This document shows positions 57,136 through 64,000 of a DNA stretch of 64,000 nucleotides, piece after piece (position 1 is the stretch's first letter; each line of letters opens with the position of its first letter). The notes under the pieces were generated by a model. That model saw only the letters and a list, made by a program, of their open reading frames with translations, was not told the origin of the DNA and ran no database searches. Both the position numbers and the translations under genes were made by a program. Where the stretch lies: contig JAJYNN010000002.1 of the NCBI GenBank assembly GCA_021786315.1, forward strand, positions 462,997 through 526,996, read 5' to 3'. Origin of the DNA: a bacterium. Lineage in GTDB: Bacteria; Patescibacteriota; Microgenomatia; Daviesbacterales; UBA10151.

Positions 57136-57365
57136 TTATATCCTATAGAATTTGATTTTCACCCTCAAAAGTATTAAACTTTCATTTAACATTTAAGGCT
57201 AAATCAGGCTTTTTGCTGCCTGAGTTTGGCTTTAATTGTAATGTTTTTTGCACATTAACAGCTAAAAAGTTGCGAAAAAAAGCATGGCTCTTTTTAACCA
57301 TGAAGTATCGTGATTAGAAAGAGCTATGCTCAAATTACACGGATAACGCGAGGAGGAGGTTTTCA
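57136..57365 (+). promoter_or_regulatory. Conserved promoter-like block (TTATCCTATAGAATTTGATTT..AAAGTATTAAACTTT) plus ~200-nt leader with a 50-nt hairpin, upstream of 57366
   Basis: Block conserved with 57890..58113 and 59140..59229; hairpin arms GCATGGCTCTTT / AAAGAGCTATGC. Confidence 0.5.
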
Positions 57366-57791
57366 ATGATCGGCACAACTGGGTTTATGGATGAAGAAAA
57401 CTTTCAGGAGGTGGCGGACCGGATCGAGTTGATGTTTAGGGGAAAAAGATTAGCTTTTATGCAAACAAATGACAAGTATTTTCCCCCGGATTTAGAACCC
57501 GGCTGTACCTTGGAAAGCGTCTCAGCATTGAGATCGCTGAAAAGGATGGCAGTTCAGGTAACCTTGGTCATTACCTTGCCAAATGGCAGGAGACAGGGGT
57601 TATTTATCGAATCATCAACCGATACAAATGAGTGTGCTCATACGCGTTTCTCGTTCAGGGATGGAGCCCTATTTACCCTTCCCCGGACAGTCCCAGGATA
57701 TGGACCCCAACGGTACATCTGGATCAAGCTGGATGAACAGGCTGAGGAGAAAAAAGACAATTTATTACTAGCGATGGGGAGTAGAAGATAA
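57366..57791 (+). CDS. Hypothetical protein (cassette gene 2)
   Basis: ORF with RBS AGGAGGAGG. Confidence 0.4.
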   Translation: MIGTTGFMDEENFQEVADRIELMFRGKRLAFMQTNDKYFPPDLEPGCTLESVSALRSLKRMAVQVTLVITLPNGRRQGLFIESSTDTNECAHTRFSFRDGALFTLPRTVPGYGPQRYIWIKLDEQAEEKKDNLLLAMGSRR

Positions 57792-57827
57792 CAGAAAACC
57801 AGTTCGCAACTTAAGACTGTAACCGTG

Positions 57828-57872
57828 CATTGGGCGCTGTGGATTAAAACCCCAGCGCCCAATTGCGTTCTA
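57828..57872 (+). terminator. Intrinsic terminator (TGGGCGCTG..CAGCGCCCA plus TTGCGTTCT)
   Basis: Hairpin plus T-rich tail; the same design repeats at 59101..59143. Confidence 0.5.
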
Positions 57873-57889
57873 TACGCATATTACCTATA

Positions 57890-58113
57890 TCTTATCCTAT
57901 AGCATTTGATTTTTATTTCCCAAAGTATTAAACTTTACTTACACCTAAGGCTAAATTAAGCTAATTGCTGCTTAAATTTAGTTTTATGCGTAATCTTTTG
58001 CACATTAACAGTCCAATAGTCGCAAGAGAGCATAGCTCTTTTAGCCATAACTTAGGTTGTGGTTTGAAAGCGCTATGCTCTAAAAAAATAAAAACGTAGA
58101 GGAGAATAAGGCA
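57890..58113 (+). promoter_or_regulatory. Second copy of the conserved promoter-like block plus structured leader, upstream of 58114
   Basis: TTATCCTATAGCATTTGATTT..AAAGTATTAAACTTT..TTTGCACATTAACAG; hairpin GAGCATAGCTCTTT / AAAGCGCTATGCTC. Confidence 0.5.
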
Positions 58114-58587
58114 ATGACCCAAAGCCAAGGAGGACAGGTGTTAATTGGAGGACCATTCGATTACAGGCTAAATATGATAGCCGAACAGGAGAAAAGGACA
58201 AAGTCTTTTTGGGTGAATCCGCGTCATAAAATAGTGATCAAATACGGCGGATACAGGAAGGTCGAAATTTCGGAAGAACAGTCTATGGGTTTAGGTGAGG
58301 TCAGTTTTGAGCTGTCCGAAGGTACTATACCAACCACATTCCTGTTAGTTCCTGCAAAGCTTAACCATGCGGCCGAACACCAATGGATGTGGGGACACGG
58401 ACCGGTTATGCAAATGGCGGGATTACCCCCGCTGGACTATCAAATACCCGTGGAATGCTTCCGGAAAGAGATTAAGACTGTTGTGATCAAGTGTTATGAA
58501 GGAGTCACTCCTCAAAAAGTGGTATCTTGGCCTATTAACGGGCAAGAATGCACCGCCGCTTGCTACATCGTACTGAATTTAACCTAA
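58114..58587 (+). CDS. Hypothetical protein, paralogue A (CYEG-motif family)
   Basis: Paralogous to 58613..59086 (TVVIKCYEGVTPQKVV vs TVVVQCYEGIFPKDVV). Confidence 0.45.
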   Translation: MTQSQGGQVLIGGPFDYRLNMIAEQEKRTKSFWVNPRHKIVIKYGGYRKVEISEEQSMGLGEVSFELSEGTIPTTFLLVPAKLNHAAEHQWMWGHGPVMQMAGLPPLDYQIPVECFRKEIKTVVIKCYEGVTPQKVVSWPINGQECTAACYIVLNLT

Positions 58588-58612
58588 AAACCAAAACAAT
58601 AAGGGAGAGGTT

Positions 58613-59086
58613 ATGCTAGGAGGAATCTTCAGGCGCAGAGGTATGGCAAAGCTGGATTACCCGGCAACAGTCGAAGATCAGATCAATGAGAGGACAAAGG
58701 TTCTTAACGTTAACACAAAACAGGAAGTAGTAATTGTCTACTCCAAGGAAGGTCCTACTTTTTTCCAAGCTCCGTTTTCCGGCCGGGGACCGTTGGGCAT
58801 TTATGTCTTGCCCGGAACGAAGCCTACTTCGTTCTTTTTCGTAGTACCTGAATCTGATCCGGCGAAGGATCTTGTTCAGGGGATTGATAACTCCCCGGTG
58901 ATTCACGAGCCTGGTTTGCCGGCAGTGTATTCTCCGGTCTTAGTGGAGTATCTAAAACATGGTGTGAGGACAGTAGTTGTCCAGTGCTATGAGGGAATTT
59001 TCCCAAAAGATGTTGTTGAGCGTCACCCCCCTTACCAAACAACCTTTTTGGCCACTCATTACCTACAGTTACATTTTTGCGACTAG
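58613..59086 (+). CDS. Hypothetical protein, paralogue B (CYEG-motif family)
   Basis: Tandem paralogue, 25-nt spacing with RBS. Confidence 0.45.
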   Translation: MLGGIFRRRGMAKLDYPATVEDQINERTKVLNVNTKQEVVIVYSKEGPTFFQAPFSGRGPLGIYVLPGTKPTSFFFVVPESDPAKDLVQGIDNSPVIHEPGLPAVYSPVLVEYLKHGVRTVVVQCYEGIFPKDVVERHPPYQTTFLATHYLQLHFCD

Positions 59087-59100
59087 GACTAGTTTCGTGC

Positions 59101-59143
59101 ACTGGGCGCTATGGTTTTATACTGTAGCGCCCATTTGCGTTCT
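59101..59143 (+). terminator. Intrinsic terminator (TGGGCGCTA..TAGCGCCCA plus TTTGCGTTCTT)
   Basis: Same hairpin family as 57828..57872. Confidence 0.5.
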
Positions 59144-59229
59144 TATCTCATAGCTTTGATTTCAATTTTTCTTCCTCTTCCCTTACACACCTTTAGAGAT
59201 ACTTTAAACATTAAAAGTTAGGATGGGAG

Positions 59230-59616
59230 TTGAGAATGGATAGACATTCAGACCACAAACAACTAATTGCCGGTTGCTATAAACATCTTGAATCTATCTT
59301 TGCTGGTTCAAAAGAGGCTGTCTGCCTTTACCTGGATGACAGCAATAAAATCTGCAATAAAAAATTTGCCCAGCTTTTGGGTTATAACTCCCCCGATGAG
59401 TGGGCCAAAGTTGAACCGTTCTTAGAATCTTTTGTAGCTTATGACAGCCAGGCTTCGCTTACTACTTCTTATCTCTTGGCAATTGATAAGATGTTAGGCT
59501 CAAAACTCCGTGTTTTGTGGAGAGCCAAAACAGGGAAAATAATCCCGACAGACGTCATTATTATCCCGGTCATATTTAAGGATCATCTCTTCGCTTTGCA
59601 TCTTGTCTCGCCTTAA
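59230..59616 (+). CDS. Hypothetical protein (cassette gene 5)
   Basis: ORF preceded by a third copy of the TCATAGCTTTGATTT block. Confidence 0.35.
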   Translation: MRMDRHSDHKQLIAGCYKHLESIFAGSKEAVCLYLDDSNKICNKKFAQLLGYNSPDEWAKVEPFLESFVAYDSQASLTTSYLLAIDKMLGSKLRVLWRAKTGKIIPTDVIIIPVIFKDHLFALHLVSP

Positions 59617-60104
59617 TCCTCATTTGGGTTTTCCCGGTGGATATATTCCTGGATCACCGTAGGTAAGGTTTTATCCAAAGTTTTGGCGATATTTTTCTCC
59701 TGGTCTAAAAATTTTTTGCAAACGCTCACTGTTTCCTGGTCCCCAAAGTGTAAAGCCAAAGAGATTAATGTTTTATATGAGGCAATCTCCAAACAACCAA
59801 GTCCAAAGTCCACCACCATATCTCTTACTATTTGATCGCCTTTCGCTTTCTCAGCACTTGCCAAAAGCTCGGCTGATTTACCTAAGCCATCACCTTCCTT
59901 TTTAACAGGATTTTCCAGCCGTTTAATACACCCTTCCAGCCTTCCGGCTTGGGCATTTGCCATCTCTAAGTGTTTCTTGATACCAAGCTGAATAGCTGGA
60001 TAACCCCTGGCTTTTTTCAGGTGTTCTGTTAAGGTCTCAATAACCACCAGCTCCAAAGAGTAGGTGTTTTTGAGCCAGCGGATAAGCAGTTCCTGGTGGG
60101 TCAT
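59613..60104 (-). CDS. DUF892 (YciE/YciF-like) ferritin-like protein
   Basis: EIASYKTLISLA and HLEMANAQAGRLE match the YciE/YciF pattern. Confidence 0.65.
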   Translation of the reverse strand: MTHQELLIRWLKNTYSLELVVIETLTEHLKKARGYPAIQLGIKKHLEMANAQAGRLEGCIKRLENPVKKEGDGLGKSAELLASAEKAKGDQIVRDMVVDFGLGCLEIASYKTLISLALHFGDQETVSVCKKFLDQEKNIAKTLDKTLPTVIQEYIHRENPNED

Positions 60105-60105
60105 A

Positions 60106-60300
60106 TTACTCCATCTTGCCTATCTCTTCACTAATACCAACCGGGCCTCCGTATTCGCGTTCAGGAAGATTTCCCAAAGTGTTCATAACATTTTGGTCTG
60201 CTCCATTCCTTTTGGCGGTTTCCATGATGGTATTCTTATCAGCTGGATAGTTAATTCCTTTCAGGAATTTTTGTAGCTGTATGGGATTAATTAATGCCAT
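60106..60300 (-). CDS. DUF2795 small protein (start at MALINP)
   Basis: IQLQKFLKGINYPADKNTIMETAKRNGADQNVMNTLGNLPEREY typical of DUF2795. Confidence 0.6.
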   Translation of the reverse strand: MALINPIQLQKFLKGINYPADKNTIMETAKRNGADQNVMNTLGNLPEREYGGPVGISEEIGKME

Positions 60301-60420
60301 ATTCTCACCCCCTGAATACCAATATAACCAGGAAGCATTAGGATCAAACAATAGAGAGGTAATAATTTTGTTAAGCTTCAAATGCTGGACAAATAGCCAC
60401 AAACATATTAGAATCCGGGC

Positions 60421-61389
60421 GTGCTGCCTTTTAAAATATTGATTCCTGTCATCATCCTTATCGTTTTACCTCTCTCATTTTGGCAACCAAATGTTTTAAA
60501 CAATATCCGTCAGGCCGCTACATCAGTTGTTATTCCTCCAACCCCTGCTGCAAAGCCTGCTCCGGTGTCCACTCCTACCCCAACACTTACCCCAACTCCA
60601 TCTCCAACCCCCCGCCCTTTACCAACTTGGACTCCAACACCAAAGGCAATCAAACCTACCCAAGCCCCTCCTGTAGCGATAAACACGGCACCTCCGGGGG
60701 CAGGACATGAAAGACGGAGTGTGGTAACCAATGTCGGTGCCTTTAATGTTGACGTTATCGGGGCAGATTTAGGATCTACCCGGGTCATCGTGGATACGGC
60801 TTCAGACTCAACTTGCACCAATAATTGCCCCGTCCTTCCTCTTGCCACTTATGCGGCCAGAAACGGCGCCTATGCCGCCGTTAACGGTTCCTTCTTTTGC
60901 CCCGACACCTATCCCCAATGTGCCGGAAAAACTAACTCTTTTGATACCTTATTAATGAATAAAAATAAGGTCTATTTTAACTCTGACAACAATGTTTACA
61001 GCGTTGTCCCGGCTGTCATTTTCTCCAGCGGCAGTATCAGATTTGTTGGCCGATCCCTGGAATGGGGCCGGGATACCAGCCCTGATTCGGTTATTGCCAA
61101 TTACCCATTGCTTATTTCCGGTGGACAGGACATCTATTCCGGATCGGGAGATCCTAAATTTACCAATAAAGGCACACGGGATTTTGTGGCCAATAAAGGG
61201 AATATGGTTTATATCGGGACAATCTGGGGAGCAACTATGGATGATGCAGCCAAAGTATTAAAAGCTATGGGTATGGATAATGCCTTAAACTTGGACGAAG
61301 GCGGTTCTACAGCTCTGTGGTATGGAGGAAGTTACCTGGCCGGCCCCGGCCGCAATCTTCCCAACGCCGTCCTCTTTGTCCGTAAGTAG
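60421..61389 (+). CDS. Phosphodiester glycosidase (DUF2233/NAGPA-like) family protein with Pro/Thr-rich linker
   Basis: C-terminal NLDEGGSTALWYGG motif; N-terminal TM and PT-rich linker. Confidence 0.6.
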   Translation: MLPFKILIPVIILIVLPLSFWQPNVLNNIRQAATSVVIPPTPAAKPAPVSTPTPTLTPTPSPTPRPLPTWTPTPKAIKPTQAPPVAINTAPPGAGHERRSVVTNVGAFNVDVIGADLGSTRVIVDTASDSTCTNNCPVLPLATYAARNGAYAAVNGSFFCPDTYPQCAGKTNSFDTLLMNKNKVYFNSDNNVYSVVPAVIFSSGSIRFVGRSLEWGRDTSPDSVIANYPLLISGGQDIYSGSGDPKFTNKGTRDFVANKGNMVYIGTIWGATMDDAAKVLKAMGMDNALNLDEGGSTALWYGGSYLAGPGRNLPNAVLFVRK

Positions 61390-61436
61390 CCCTGCGCAAG
61401 AACTGCCCTTTCTGGGCAAGGCGTACCCTTGAAGCT

Positions 61437-62042
61437 TCAGGAAACTAGTTCGGAATATACAACCTGGCGGTTGGAATAGTTTCTGTCCGCCTGGTCCCAA
61501 ATTCCCACACAAGTAATTAGGTTCAACATCGGCTTATCAGCTGGCCCAAAAACCCTGTTTAGAGGGACCCGGTCAAAAGGATAGGAAATATTATCCGTGA
61601 CCACAAAAGTCAAAGTTTTGCCTTGATCGTTAGTCACCATAATTTGATCACCTTTTTGCAAATTAGCCAGGTAATAAAAAACCGCCGGGGCTCCGGTAAC
61701 AGTATCTAAATGTCCGTCAATCACCGCTCCGCCTTTTTCCCCCGGCTTATAGCCTAACTTATACCAAGCGACATCCACATTATTACTGGGAATATCCATC
61801 CTTCCCTGACTGTCTAAACCCACCTGTTCAACAGCAGTATCTATACCCAGTTTTGGGATAATCAATCTTCTAGGTATTCCCGCCTGAGTTTGTTGATGGG
61901 GAGCAGATGTTGGTACGGAAACACTTACGGCCGGAGTTGAGGAAGTAGTAGAAGTGTTTTTGGTTAACCTGCCAAGAAGCAGCCATCCGAAAACACCAAT
62001 AACTATTATTACCGGCCATATCCAGAGTTTAGAATTTACCAT
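61437..62042 (-). CDS. Sortase-family transpeptidase
   Basis: IDGHLD His motif, NLITCVG Cys motif, N-terminal TM. Confidence 0.7.
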   Translation of the reverse strand: MVNSKLWIWPVIIVIGVFGWLLLGRLTKNTSTTSSTPAVSVSVPTSAPHQQTQAGIPRRLIIPKLGIDTAVEQVGLDSQGRMDIPSNNVDVAWYKLGYKPGEKGGAVIDGHLDTVTGAPAVFYYLANLQKGDQIMVTNDQGKTLTFVVTDNISYPFDRVPLNRVFGPADKPMLNLITCVGIWDQADRNYSNRQVVYSELVS

Positions 62043-62062
62043 ACCGTGCGTATTTTAACGCA

Positions 62063-62311
62063 TTATCCCCTACCTGTCGCAGGTGCCCCAGCAGGAATTG
62101 TTACTCGGGTTGTAGGGGTAGGAGTCACTGTTGTAGTTGATGTTGGACTCGGTGAAACCGTAGTCGTTGGAGACAATGTTGCTGTCGGCGATACGGTCAT
62201 AGTTGGCGTTGTAGTAATTGTGGTGGTCTGGCCTAATGCCCCTGAAACCCAGGCCAAAAAGATCATCCCGGATGTAATCAAGGCTATCATTTCCGTCTTC
62301 ACAAACATCAC
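62063..62311 (-). CDS. Small secreted Thr/Pro-rich protein upstream of the sortase
   Basis: Signal peptide then TP-rich low complexity; the antisense + ORF is V/G-rich and judged spurious. Confidence 0.35.
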   Translation of the reverse strand: MMFVKTEMIALITSGMIFLAWVSGALGQTTTITTTPTMTVSPTATLSPTTTVSPSPTSTTTVTPTPTTRVTIPAGAPATGRG

Positions 62312-62919
62312 CTCCTTTATCTAAAAGACATTCTAGAGCTTATAGTTAAAAAAGGAGTGAGCTACATGTAAGAAAAGATTATGATTGCAAAGTAATCTCA
62401 AGTTTTGACCATAACTGCTTCAAATTGGATTTGTTATTTGGGGTGAACTATTATCCGGTTTGACTATGGATGAAGCCAAAGTCGGCAGAGCAAAGAAAAC
62501 CAAAAAAGTAATAATCATAAAAATTAAGAGTCCAACTAAAAACCCAATTTCAAATCCTTGTGTATCAGCCGCTATCATTGGTGGAAATCCGGGGTCGGTT
62601 TTTACATCTGGTGTATCATCTTGAAGCGGGGCGTCCATACAAATTTGTGAAAATTGTCAAACTGCCCCTTTTCACGGCTGTGCCTGTAACAGCGTTAAAA
62701 AGTATGAGTTGTGGAGTTATAGGGCTACCTTCGGCTTCGCCGAACGATCCTGTAATTTCTCTCCGCCAAAAGCGGATCGAAATTATTGACCTATTGCCTA
62801 TAATCCCCGCAGCTCTAACCTTTTGTGGCAGTAACTTTTTGAGAGTCATCTTCGTTCCTTTCAACCGCAATATTAGTCCTTTTTGTTGAAAGAATTACGA
62901 GGGGTGTGTAATAAAAATG

Positions 62920-63258
62920 TTAGAGACAAAGAGTGCAGTGGGTAGCAACCGGCAAAACGGCTAGTCTCTCCGGTTCAATTAGTTTTCCGCATCCTTCACA
63001 TTTTCCGTATGTGCCTTGTTGAAGTTTAGTTAAAGACTCTTTGATTTTTTGATAAAGGCTGTTTAAGCGGTCACTGGCAACAACCGCCTTTTCGTGGACC
63101 TCCTCTTCCCAACAACCGGTTCCTAATTCAAAAGGCACATCCACCGTTCCCAACATCATAGGGTCATTTTTTTGCAAAGACTTTAGCTGATTTTCCAGCT
63201 GTTGTTTTTGGTCCAGAAGATTCTTTTCTATATCCCTCAAAGTTTCAACGGGTAACAT
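62920..63258 (-). CDS. DksA/TraR-family C4 zinc-finger protein (start at internal Met)
   Basis: CEGCGKLIEPERL..ATHCTLC C4 finger after a coiled-coil region. Confidence 0.65.
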   Translation of the reverse strand: MLPVETLRDIEKNLLDQKQQLENQLKSLQKNDPMMLGTVDVPFELGTGCWEEEVHEKAVVASDRLNSLYQKIKESLTKLQQGTYGKCEGCGKLIEPERLAVLPVATHCTLCL

Positions 63259-63359
63259 ACAATCTTTATCTTGGCCTGAGGGGTTAAGAAAACAAATATA
63301 GTTCGGTAAGAAATCTGTAAGAAGCAAATAAGGAGGGAAGCTTATGGTAAAATTTGTTT

Positions 63360-64000
63360 ATGCGGTCTAAAAAGTTACTCTTTTTATTGTCTTTTGGACT
63401 ATTTGCAGCATTTGTATTTTTCTCCTATTTGGTAAGCAAAGAGAAGTTCGTCCAATTGGATTTTGACTTAACAGTTAAACTCCAAGACCACCTTTCCCGG
63501 CGGTTTGATTTGCCATTCTCCTTACTATCTCTTTTGGGATCAGCCGAAGTCACCGGAATAATTTGGGCAGGATTTCTCCTGTATTCCCTTCTAAGGCGCT
63601 ACTGGCTCGCCGCCGCCGCTTTATTTACTTTTTGGGGAGGGTTATTTTTAGAAATCTTTGGCAAGCTTTTTGTGTACCACCCAGGCCCTCCGTTTTTATT
63701 TTACCGGGGGGTTATAGACTTCAATTTCCCTTCCAGCTATGCCCATACAAATTACTCGTATCCATCCGGGCACTTAACCAGAACCAGCTTCCTTGTGTCT
63801 GCCTTGGTAGTCTATCTTTTATTGAAAGCACCTAAGAAATTTGGGATTCTGCCCCAACTTGGAGCTTTAGGATTTCTGGTAGCGATGATGGTTTCCCGGG
63901 TTTATTTGGGTGAACACTGGACCACCGACGTTATCGGCGGAACGCTTCTGGGAACTTCCCTTGGGATTTTTACAGCCATGACAGTACCACTCAAGAAAAA
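63360..64000 (+). CDS. PAP2-family phosphatase, 5' portion; continues beyond the window and is absent from the ORF track
   Basis: Hand translation gives YPSGHLTRT and SRVYLGEHWTTDVIGG PAP2 motifs plus TM helices; no stop before the window end. Confidence 0.65.
   Translation, partial: MRSKKLLFLLSFGLFAAFVFFSYLVSKEKFVQLDFDLTVKLQDHLSRRFDLPFSLLSLLGSAEVTGIIWAGFLLYSLLRRYWLAAAALFTFWGGLFLEIFGKLFVYHPGPPFLFYRGVIDFNFPSSYAHTNYSYPSGHLTRTSFLVSALVVYLLLKAPKKFGILPQLGALGFLVAMMVSRVYLGEHWTTDVIGGTLLGTSLGIFTAMTVPLKK

Noticed and set aside
62046-62324. + strand ORF 62046..62324 (V/G-rich, 92 aa)
   Set aside because: It is the antisense of the Thr/Pro-rich secreted ORF. The composition (VVGVGVTVVVDVG) is the mirror of the TP-rich frame and it has no start context; the minus frame is kept instead, at low confidence.

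Overview
Low-GC bacterial window, most likely from a Candidate Phyla Radiation / Patescibacteria-type genome, with small ORFs and truncated-looking core enzymes. Most genes are on the minus strand. No tools were run; all calls rest on reading the sequence and on remembered family signatures. Coding content: the conserved thrS-infC-rpmI-rplT-pheS-pheT translation cluster, with infC using a non-AUG (AUU) start; the murT-gatD lipid II amidation pair; galU; sodA/B-type SOD; a ZIP metal transporter; a MerR regulator; a pore-only K+ channel; an ECF sigma with a putative anti-sigma; a Y-family polymerase (dinB); an Mpg DNA glycosylase; an RRM protein; HIT; two sortases; an L,D-transpeptidase; a polysaccharide deacetylase; DUF892/DUF2795 stress proteins; and a DksA/TraR zinc finger. 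A PAP2 phosphatase gene runs off the 3' end of the window and is missing from the ORF track. Thirteen tRNA genes are present: Val-GAC, Leu-TAG, Gly-GCC, Phe-GAA, Val-TAC, Leu-CAG, Leu-GAG, Gln-TTG, Leu-TAA, Pro-TGG, Arg-TCT, Gly-TCC and His-GTG. The accessory part is dominated by a roughly 17 kb glycosylation island (29.2-46.7 kb). It holds eight paralogous polytopic GT-C-like (ArnT/PMT/TMTC-like) membrane proteins, three stand-alone SAM methyltransferases, and a GT2 (polyprenyl-phospho-sugar synthase-like) protein fused to a methyltransferase-like domain. There is also a cellulose-synthase-like GT2 fused to a GH26-like hydrolase, a second GH26-like protein and a GH5-like protein. Three non-coding signals stand out as possibly undescribed. 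(1) Six tRNA genes are each accompanied, 60-200 bp away, by a 16-26 nt copy of their own 3' (or 5') terminus, embedded in a conserved motif (CAGGATC-hairpin-GTAGCCC, or GCTAGTCTTTCAGACTGGTCCTGCCACTTCAC); three of the 3' copies carry a CCA that the gene itself lacks. (2) Imperfect tandem heptamer (GAATTNN)n arrays are dispersed through the window and sit in-frame inside murT, gatD and other ORFs, giving a shared IHNSKFxIxNS peptide. (3) A cassette family of small unknown proteins (56.3-59.6 kb) has repeated terminator plus promoter-like plus ~230-nt structured leaders whose hairpins are supported by G-U wobble pairs.
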